Origin: Spirochaetia bacterium
Lineage (GTDB): Bacteria > Spirochaetota > Spirochaetia > SZUA-6 > Bin103
NCBI GenBank assembly: GCA_965208575.1
Contig: CBDBOV010000005.1
Location: forward strand, 896,001 to 960,000
Reading direction: 5' to 3'
DNA: 64,000 nt
The position numbers were made by a program, and so were the translations under genes. This document shows, in pieces, positions 57,144-64,000 of this stretch (its first letter is position 1; every line of letters starts with the position of its first letter). The notes under the pieces were generated by a model. It searched no databases, was not told the origin of the DNA, and saw only the letters and a list, made by a program, of their open reading frames with translations.

Positions 57144-58755
57144 TGCCGGCGCATCCGGGGCGGCGCATGCGGGAGCGGAAAGGGTGGCGCCGTGCACGAT
57201 GGTGATTTTCGGGGCGTCGGGAGACCTCACGGCGCGCAAGCTGATTCCGGGACTGTACGAGCTGTACGGCCGAGGGCTGCTGCCCGACCGGTTTGCGGTA
57301 TTGGGTGCCGGGCGCACGGGGATGAGCGACGAACAATTCCGGACCGTGATGGCGGCGGCGCTGGCGGATGACACGGGCGACCGGTCACGGCAGGACCGCG
57401 ACCGCTTTCTCGGCGCGCTGTACTACCAGCAGCTCGATCCCGCGGTTGCGGCGGAATACGGGAAGCTGGCTGAGCGGCTGAGCGCGGTTGCGGCAGGCGC
57501 CGGGACCGGGGACAACGTGCTCTACTACCTGGCGACGCCGCCAAGCAGCTTCGAACCGATCGCCGGGGGGCTGGCGGCGGCGGGCCTGGCGGAGGAGCGC
57601 GGCGGCGCATGGCGCCGGCTGATCGTCGAGAAGCCGTTCGGCTACGATTTGCAGTCGGCGCGGAAGCTCAACGAGCGGCTGCACGCCTGGTTCGGCGAGC
57701 GGCAGATCTACCGCATCGACCACTACCTGGGCAAGGAGACGGTGCAGAACGTGCTGGTGCTGCGCTTCGCCAACGAGGTGTGGGAGCCGCTGTGGACGCG
57801 CGCCACCATCGACCGGGTGGAGATCACCGCCGCCGAGCAGGTGGGGGTAGAGGGCCGCGGCGGCTACTACGATGACTCGGGCGCGCTGCGCGACATGTTC
57901 CAGAACCACCTGCTGCAGGTGGTGGGCATGATCGCCATGGAACCGCCGGCGCATTTCCGGCCGAGCGCGGTGCGCAACGAGACCGTAAAGGTGTTCGACT
58001 CGCTGCGTCCCATCGCGCCGGCGCGGGTCGCCGAGGACGTGGTGCGTGCCCAGTACACCGGCTCGCTGACCGCCGAGGGCGCCATGGCCGGATACCGCGA
58101 GGAGCCGGGGGTGCCGGTCGGATCGCGCACCGAGACCTACGTCGCCCTGCGCTTCCACATCGACAACCGCCGCTGGGCGGGGGTGCCGTTCCTGGTGCGC
58201 ACCGGCAAGCGCCTGCCGGCGCGCGTCACCGAGGTGGTGATCCACTTCAAGCAGGTGCCGCACCACCTGTTCGGCACGCCGCCGGCGGACCTGACCTCCG
58301 GCGCTCCCCACTTCGGCGCCGCCGGGCACGCGGTGTCGGCGGCGGCGGCGGAGGCGAGCAAGCTGATCATCCGCATCCAGCCGGACGAGGCGATCCAGCT
58401 TCGCTGCAACGTGAAGCTGCCGGGTGCCGGCTTCGAGGTGCAGCAGGTGGGCATGGACTTCCGCTACGCCGACTTGGCCGACACCTACCTGCCGGACGCC
58501 TACGAACGGCTGCTCCTGGATGGCATCACCGGCGACGCCACCTTGTACGCGCGCGCCGACGCCATCGAGTCGTGCTGGGAGTTCGTGCAGCCGGTGCTGC
58601 AGGCGTGGCGCGAACAGCCGGGCATCCCGCTGCACGGCTACCCGGCGGGGAGCTGGGGGCCGGCCGCCGCCGCCAGCCTGTTCCGCCGCCCCGGTTACGG
58701 CTGGCGCACCCCGGCGCCGTCCCTGGTCGACGCCGGCGGACGGATGGCGCTATAG
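57127..58755 (+). CDS. zwf: Glucose-6-phosphate 1-dehydrogenase
   Basis: FGASGDLTARKL, EKPFG, RIDHYLGKE, RDMFQNHLLQ, RTGKRL, RIQPDE, DAYERLL. Confidence 0.97.
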   Translation: MTGPHSAGASGAAHAGAERVAPCTMVIFGASGDLTARKLIPGLYELYGRGLLPDRFAVLGAGRTGMSDEQFRTVMAAALADDTGDRSRQDRDRFLGALYYQQLDPAVAAEYGKLAERLSAVAAGAGTGDNVLYYLATPPSSFEPIAGGLAAAGLAEERGGAWRRLIVEKPFGYDLQSARKLNERLHAWFGERQIYRIDHYLGKETVQNVLVLRFANEVWEPLWTRATIDRVEITAAEQVGVEGRGGYYDDSGALRDMFQNHLLQVVGMIAMEPPAHFRPSAVRNETVKVFDSLRPIAPARVAEDVVRAQYTGSLTAEGAMAGYREEPGVPVGSRTETYVALRFHIDNRRWAGVPFLVRTGKRLPARVTEVVIHFKQVPHHLFGTPPADLTSGAPHFGAAGHAVSAAAAEASKLIIRIQPDEAIQLRCNVKLPGAGFEVQQVGMDFRYADLADTYLPDAYERLLLDGITGDATLYARADAIESCWEFVQPVLQAWREQPGIPLHGYPAGSWGPAAAASLFRRPGYGWRTPAPSLVDAGGRMAL

Positions 58756-59059
58756 CAGCCCGTGGCGAAGCTCCGGCTGCATTCGAGCAGCGATCCACCC
58801 CGGGTGCCTGCGTTGCTCTTCGCTCACGCATGCCCGGAAATGCGATCTCCCGGGACGGCAGCGCGGGCGCGAGACTGGCCGAGGAGTCTGTCGGCGGGTG
58901 GCAACGCCACGGCGGCGCGCCGTTGGGCGGCGGTCCCACCTCGCTGCCGCCGCCGCCACGCGGGCGTGCCGGGTGCCGAGGACCGCGCTCGTCGCGTTCG
59001 CGGGCGTTCGGCGACTGCGCGGCGTCTGCTCAGGGAGCGCGGGCCTTGTTGCGCCACGA

Positions 59060-61456
59060 TTATCCGCGGCGTTCCGGGGGAGGTTGCTCGAGCGCCGCGC
59101 GGTCGGCGCGCTGCAGCCAGATTTCGCTGACCTGGGCGCCGCGGCCGGGGCCGCCGCTCTGTTCGTGGTACACCTGCAGCGTCACCGAACCGTCCGCGGC
59201 GGCGCCGGCCGGCAGATCGAAGCTCAGCGGCCCGCGCGGGTGCGGCTTGCCGATCCAGCCATGCACCTCGTGCACGGCGCCGCCGGTGGCGACCGCATCC
59301 ATGCGGACGCGGGGATGCGCGCCGCCCCAGCGCCGCTCGCCGCCGTACACCACCACGACGCGCCAGCGGGCTGCAGGATCGAGACCCTCGTAGCGCAGTT
59401 GCAGGGGGCCGTGGCCGATCGACTCGGCCTGGCTGAGCCAGGCGTACGGGACCGCCTCGGCGGGGTAGGGGATCGACAACCCGCGCAACGGAGAATCCAG
59501 GAAGGACGGGTCTCCCGGGAAGCCGGCGCCAGGCACCAGGTGCGGTTGCTGCGCCGCGTCGCCGAGGTTGTCGTAGCGCCCGCCCGGACCGGGGTCGGTG
59601 CGGCGCAGTACGCATTCGACAGCATCCAGCCGCTCCCGCTCGGTAGCGAGGCGCGCGATTTCGGAGCAGCGTTCGTGCAGCCACAGGCGGTCGCCGAGCG
59701 GGTACTCCAGTCCGTCCAGGCTGGCGCCGCGGCGCACCGCCTGGGCCCCGTAGCGCGGCACCGAGAGCTGCACGTGAATGCTCTGAAACAGCGCCTCGGC
59801 GAGGGCGTAGGCGCGGGCGCGGAGTTCTCCCTGGCGCGCCTCGGCCGCCGCCTGGTCGACGATGGCCAGCGCGCGCCGGCACGCCTCCCGCGCGCCGATG
59901 TCGGGCGCGCGGCGCAGCTCGCCGAGGGCGCGGCTGCCGGCGGCGGTCTCGACAAGCAGCCGCTCGCGGATGTAGGCGTCGGAATAGGCGCGGTACAGCA
60001 ACTGCTGAAGGCGCCAGCTCTTCAGCACGCGCGGTGGCGCCGCGCGCTCCAGCGCCTGCATGCGCAGCAGGGTCGTGTTCACCGACCCGTTGGCGAGCAG
60101 CGGGCCGCGCCAGTTCTGCTCCAGCCCGACGATCGCCGCCGCCACGCCATCGGCGAGGTCGGGATGGACGAACAGGCGGCCGTACTGCCGCAACACCGCG
60201 TCCAGGTCGGCCGCGGGGTCCCACAGGAGGGCGCTCCACACCACCTTGTTGAGGTCGTCGTTGTTGCCCTCGCAGTAGGTGAGGGCGCCGATGGAGTGCG
60301 GCGCGGTGAGCGCGAAGATGCGCGCCTGGTCGGCGGGGCGCGGGTTGATCGGCTCGCGGCCCTGGCAGGCGGCCAGCGCCGGGTCCCAGTCCGGCACCGG
60401 GTACTGGCATGACCAGCAGTGGGTGATGTCGGGGTACAGGCGGATCGGGTAGCGCGCCGGCACGCGGGCGCGGAACGCCTCCGCCGTGAGGTGAATCCAC
60501 GGCCCGAAGATCACCCCGTCCAGCCAGTCGACCCCGCTCGCCAGCGCCGCGTAGAAGTGCGCCTCGTCGGCGCCGTGAAACCCCTGCGGGGCGATCCACA
60601 TCTGCGCGTCCGGATGGACCTCGCGCAGCGACTCCTTCTGCCGTTCGGCCAGCGCCAGCAGCAGGTGCGCCGGCGTCGAGCCCGGATCGCCGCCCGGGAT
60701 GAACACGGCGTCGATGCGCGCCATCGCCTCGAACACCGCGCGCCAGTCCGCGAGCGCGCGCCGCACGGTCGCTTCGTCGCCGTAGTCGGTCTCCAGGGCC
60801 GGGAACCAGACCCACAGGTCGATGTCGTAGCGGTCGGCGATGGCGGACACCTCGCACAGCATGTCGATCGGCGGCAGCGGGAAGTGGTCGGAGTCGGCCT
60901 CGTCGTCGGACACCGGCGGAATCACCTCGACGGCGTTGGCGCCGAACATCGTCAGTTCGCGGATGTACTGTTCCCACTCGGCCACCGTCCAGCCGACGTA
61001 GGAGTTGGTCTTGGCGCGGTAGCCGACCTGGTGGCCGCGCAGCGGGTAGTGCGGTGCCGACCGCACCGGTCCGGCGGCCAGCAGCGCTTCGGGCAGCACG
61101 ACCGCGTTGCGGCGTACCTCCAGGTGGCGCAGCAGCCAGCCCACCCCGTACAGCACGCCGCGGGCATCGTTCCCGGTAACGGTGAGGCCGTCGCCGTCGC
61201 GCTCGACGCGGAACCCGTCCGGACGCGCCGCGAACTCGGCGGCGCGCAACGATTTCGCCTCCTCGGTCGACCAGCGCGTGCCGCGGCGCACCGCCGTGCC
61301 GGCGGCGCGCAGCGTGATCACCGGGCCTTCCGCGTCCGCCGCCGGCCACACCCGCTGCGCGCGGCGCGCCACCTCCTCGGCCAGCACGGCGCGCGCCTGC
61401 CGGCAGCGCGGGGATTCGTCCGCATCCAGTTCGATTCGTGCGTCAGTCAGGTCCAT
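59060..61456 (-). CDS. Large uncharacterised glycoside-hydrolase-like protein (hexosaminidase/GH67-type N-domain, barrel, C-terminal beta-sandwich)
   Basis: DGFRV…VTGNDARGVLYGVG.LLR; P.YPLRGHQVGYR; FIPGGDPG; YPDITH; Y.EG.NDD.NK. Confidence 0.6.
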   Translation of the reverse strand: MDLTDARIELDADESPRCRQARAVLAEEVARRAQRVWPAADAEGPVITLRAAGTAVRRGTRWSTEEAKSLRAAEFAARPDGFRVERDGDGLTVTGNDARGVLYGVGWLLRHLEVRRNAVVLPEALLAAGPVRSAPHYPLRGHQVGYRAKTNSYVGWTVAEWEQYIRELTMFGANAVEVIPPVSDDEADSDHFPLPPIDMLCEVSAIADRYDIDLWVWFPALETDYGDEATVRRALADWRAVFEAMARIDAVFIPGGDPGSTPAHLLLALAERQKESLREVHPDAQMWIAPQGFHGADEAHFYAALASGVDWLDGVIFGPWIHLTAEAFRARVPARYPIRLYPDITHCWSCQYPVPDWDPALAACQGREPINPRPADQARIFALTAPHSIGALTYCEGNNDDLNKVVWSALLWDPAADLDAVLRQYGRLFVHPDLADGVAAAIVGLEQNWRGPLLANGSVNTTLLRMQALERAAPPRVLKSWRLQQLLYRAYSDAYIRERLLVETAAGSRALGELRRAPDIGAREACRRALAIVDQAAAEARQGELRARAYALAEALFQSIHVQLSVPRYGAQAVRRGASLDGLEYPLGDRLWLHERCSEIARLATERERLDAVECVLRRTDPGPGGRYDNLGDAAQQPHLVPGAGFPGDPSFLDSPLRGLSIPYPAEAVPYAWLSQAESIGHGPLQLRYEGLDPAARWRVVVVYGGERRWGGAHPRVRMDAVATGGAVHEVHGWIGKPHPRGPLSFDLPAGAAADGSVTLQVYHEQSGGPGRGAQVSEIWLQRADRAALEQPPPERRG

Positions 61457-61956
61457 TCGTCGCTCCCGGGCACACCCAACCACGGCGGGCGCCGGTTCGT
61501 CGAGCCGCCGGCTGCCACCGACCAGGTTGCCGCAGGTGTGCTCCGTTCCGACGCTGTCGGGCCGCCTGACGGCAGGCAGGGCACGGGTGGCGAATGCCCG
61601 GTGCCGCGCACAGCGCCGCTCTCGCCGTCGCCGGCGATGCTCGCGGCGTGCCGGGTCGCCGTGCGCACGCGTCCGGCCGCAATCCGGTGCCGCGCGGGCG
61701 GCGATGCTACGGGCGCCGCGGCGTGGGCGAGTCTCGCGGTATCAGCGCTGCCGCCGCGCGCCGTGTCGGCCGCGCGTGGCGCGGTGCAGGGCAAAGGACG
61801 CCGGCCCCGCCCGGCCGTCGCGGCATCGTCGGCCGGGACTCGAACCGACGACGAACCGGCGGCGGCCCGCCCGCGCCCGCGGTACCGCATACGCGCGGTG
61901 CGGGAGACACCACGCGCGCGGCGCGGGAACGAGCGCCGCGGCTGGCCGGTCGGCGG

Positions 61957-64000
61957 TCACTCCGCCTCGGCGGTGTCCTCGGGCAGCAGCACCACGCGCA
62001 CGTAGCGGTCGCGGTTGAGGTAGCGCGCTGCCGCGTCGACCACCTGGTCCAGCGTCAGGGCATCGAGCCGCTCGTCGAACCCGGGGATCACGGCGAAGTC
62101 CTCGCCGCGTTCGACCACCGCCTCGATCTGGCCGAGCCAGAATCCGTTGCGGCGCAACTGCTCCTCGCGGGCGCCGCTGATCAGCTCCTTGGCCGTGTCC
62201 AGGTACTCCTGCTCGCCGCCGGCGACCAGCCAGTCGACGCTCTCGAACACCTCTTCAAGCAGCTCGTCGGCGCGCGCCGGATCGCTGCCGAAGTCCACGA
62301 ACACCCGGTACTCGGGATCGGGCAGCAGCGACGCCGACGCGCCCACGTGGATCGAGTAGGTGCTGCCCAGCTCCATCTCGATGCGCTCGCGCACCTTCGC
62401 CTGCAGCATCTCCTTGAGCGCCGCGATGGCCATCGCCTCCGGCCGGCTCCAATCCATCTCCCCGGCGAATACCAGCCGCGTGCGGCTGCGCGGTTCGATC
62501 CCCATGTGCACCGCCAGGTCCACCACCTCCGCGGGCGGGTCGATATTCAGATCCCGCCACTGCTCATCGCGCCCGGCCGCCGGCAGGGCGGCCAGATAGT
62601 TGCTCGCCAGGGTGCGCAGCGAGTCCCATTCGAACGCGCCGACGATGATGAACGTGAAGTCGCCGAAGTCCGCGAACCGCTCCTCGTACACCGCAATCGA
62701 GCGCTGCAGGTCCATCTCTTCCAGCACCTCGACCGTGTACGGGCGGGAGCGGAAGTGGTCCTGGCTGAGTGCGCTGCGCAGCGTGTCGGCCCATACCGCG
62801 TCCGGCTGCGCGCGCCGGTTCTCGTAGTGGCTGCGCAGCCGAGACGAGTAGGAGGCGTAGTAGGTGGGATCGAGCCGCGGGGCGGTGCCGTAGAGCGTGA
62901 TGAGTTGAAAGAGCGTTTCCAGGTCGTCCGGAGACGAGCTGCCGGAAAAGCCCTCGAACAGCGCGCCGATGAACGGCTCCGCCTCGGCCGTGTTGCCGGC
63001 GAGCAGCTTGTCCAGCGCAACCCGGTCGTGCGCGCCGACGCCGCTGCCCTCGGCGATGGCGGTGGCGGTGATGGCGGCGAGGTAGTCGGCGTCCGCCACC
63101 AGCGAGGTGCCGCCGGGGCTGGTCGCCTTGACCAGCACCTCGTCGTTGCGGAAGTCGGTCTGCTTGGCGATCACGGTGACTCCGTTGGACAGGGTCCAGC
63201 GCACGGCATCGATCGCCTCGATCGACTCCTCGGCGGTGATGCTGCCCGGCTGCGGGGGATCGGCCATCAGCGGTACGTCGCTGGCCACGTCGTCGTACGG
63301 TGCCACCTGCAGGGCGCCGGCTCCCTTCAGCGTGGCGAGCAGCGCCTGCTCGACCTCGGGGCCGGAGGCGACCGCCTCGGGACCGCTGATCATCGCCACG
63401 GTGCTCTCCAGCGCGCGCCACGGCTCCGCCAGCCGGTTCACCTCCTGCAGCGTGATCTCCGGCAGGAGCTGCTGGTGCAACTCGTACTCCGCGTCGATGC
63501 CCGGCACCGGCTCGTCTTCCAGGTAGTGACGGACGTACTCCTCCACCAGCCGCACCGACGGCCGCTGGTCGCGCTCCAGCCACGCGCTCTCCATGCTGCG
63601 CAGCAGGTTGGCCTTCTCGCGCTCCAGCTCGGTCGCGGTAAACCCGTGGCGCAGAATGCGCTGCATCTCTTCCAGCACCGTGTCCAGCCCGCGCTCGACG
63701 CCGTCCTCGTCGACCCGCGCGATGGCGTACAACAGCGCGGTGTTCGGCACAAACAGCGTCTGGCCCATCCACGCCCCGATGAACGGCGGGTCGGCCACCT
63801 GGGTACGCTCGAACAACCGGGAGTTGGCCATCATCGCGAACAGCGACTGGGTCAGCAGGTGCCGGTAGGTGGCCAGGCTCTGACCGGTCGTCGGCGGCAG
63901 CTTGGCGTAGATGCGCAGTATGGTGGAACTCAGCTCCGGGTCGGTATTGACTGTCACGCGCGGTTCGTCGTGCGCCGGAACGGGATACTCGGGACGCACC
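61957..64000 (-). CDS. M16 family zinc peptidase (PqqL-like), C-terminal part; N-terminus outside the window
   Basis: HGFTATELEREK, WTLSNGVTVIAKQTDFRNDEV, PGGTS, DLETLFQL, FTFIIVG, RE.QLRRNGFWL. Confidence 0.88.
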   Translation of the reverse strand, partial: VRPEYPVPAHDEPRVTVNTDPELSSTILRIYAKLPPTTGQSLATYRHLLTQSLFAMMANSRLFERTQVADPPFIGAWMGQTLFVPNTALLYAIARVDEDGVERGLDTVLEEMQRILRHGFTATELEREKANLLRSMESAWLERDQRPSVRLVEEYVRHYLEDEPVPGIDAEYELHQQLLPEITLQEVNRLAEPWRALESTVAMISGPEAVASGPEVEQALLATLKGAGALQVAPYDDVASDVPLMADPPQPGSITAEESIEAIDAVRWTLSNGVTVIAKQTDFRNDEVLVKATSPGGTSLVADADYLAAITATAIAEGSGVGAHDRVALDKLLAGNTAEAEPFIGALFEGFSGSSSPDDLETLFQLITLYGTAPRLDPTYYASYSSRLRSHYENRRAQPDAVWADTLRSALSQDHFRSRPYTVEVLEEMDLQRSIAVYEERFADFGDFTFIIVGAFEWDSLRTLASNYLAALPAAGRDEQWRDLNIDPPAEVVDLAVHMGIEPRSRTRLVFAGEMDWSRPEAMAIAALKEMLQAKVRERIEMELGSTYSIHVGASASLLPDPEYRVFVDFGSDPARADELLEEVFESVDWLVAGGEQEYLDTAKELISGAREEQLRRNGFWLGQIEAVVERGEDFAVIPGFDERLDALTLDQVVDAAARYLNRDRYVRVVLLPEDTAEAE

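Noticed and set aside
61832-61850. GGTTCGAGTCCC (minus strand) resembling a tRNA T-loop
   Set aside because: No acceptor, D or anticodon arms can be folded around it.
61457-61956. Possible 147-aa ORF (61447-61890, minus) in the gap before the M16 peptidase
   Set aside because: Low-complexity, no RBS or motif; cannot be supported as a gene.
86-63868. Numerous long antisense or alternate-frame ORFs (e.g. 3816-6077, 19731-22403, 30707-33175, 33209-35977, 58824-61349)
   Set aside because: Shadow ORFs expected at this GC content; Arg/Ala/Gly/Pro-rich, no motifs, and they overlap well-supported genes.

Overview
High-GC bacterial chromosomal segment with no rRNA, tRNA, CRISPR array or intact transposase/integrase that I can recognise. 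The signal peptides of the family-5 solute-binding proteins (…AVWAGGTE…, …GLWATGEGE…), together with many PhyH dioxygenases, a sulfatase, Uma2 and AAA-PD-(D/E)XK proteins, suggest a sponge-symbiont-type Spirochaetaceae; this is inference only. The window holds three Dpp/Opp-type ABC clusters that all lack ATPase genes, three PhyH dioxygenases, a sulfatase, two tandem beta-propeller glycosidase-like genes with an APH-family kinase, a lipoprotein plus two-component system, tandem Uma2 nucleases, topA, recQ, modABC, an ABC-F protein, zwf and a partial M16 peptidase. The most unusual features are: (i) an exact 83-bp-period array of three alternative sulfatase C-termini that differ mainly at third codon positions and end in three different stop codons, plus other gene-end duplications; (ii) a candidate ribosome-dependent attenuator (uORF MISRIR with an 11-bp stem) in front of the ABC-F gene; (iii) apparent disarming of every toxin-antitoxin locus (frameshift, ACG start codon, orphan antitoxins); (iv) an in-frame amber codon just after the signal peptide of a solute-binding protein; (v) many apparently leaderless genes. 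All functional calls come from motif recognition; no database searches were run.
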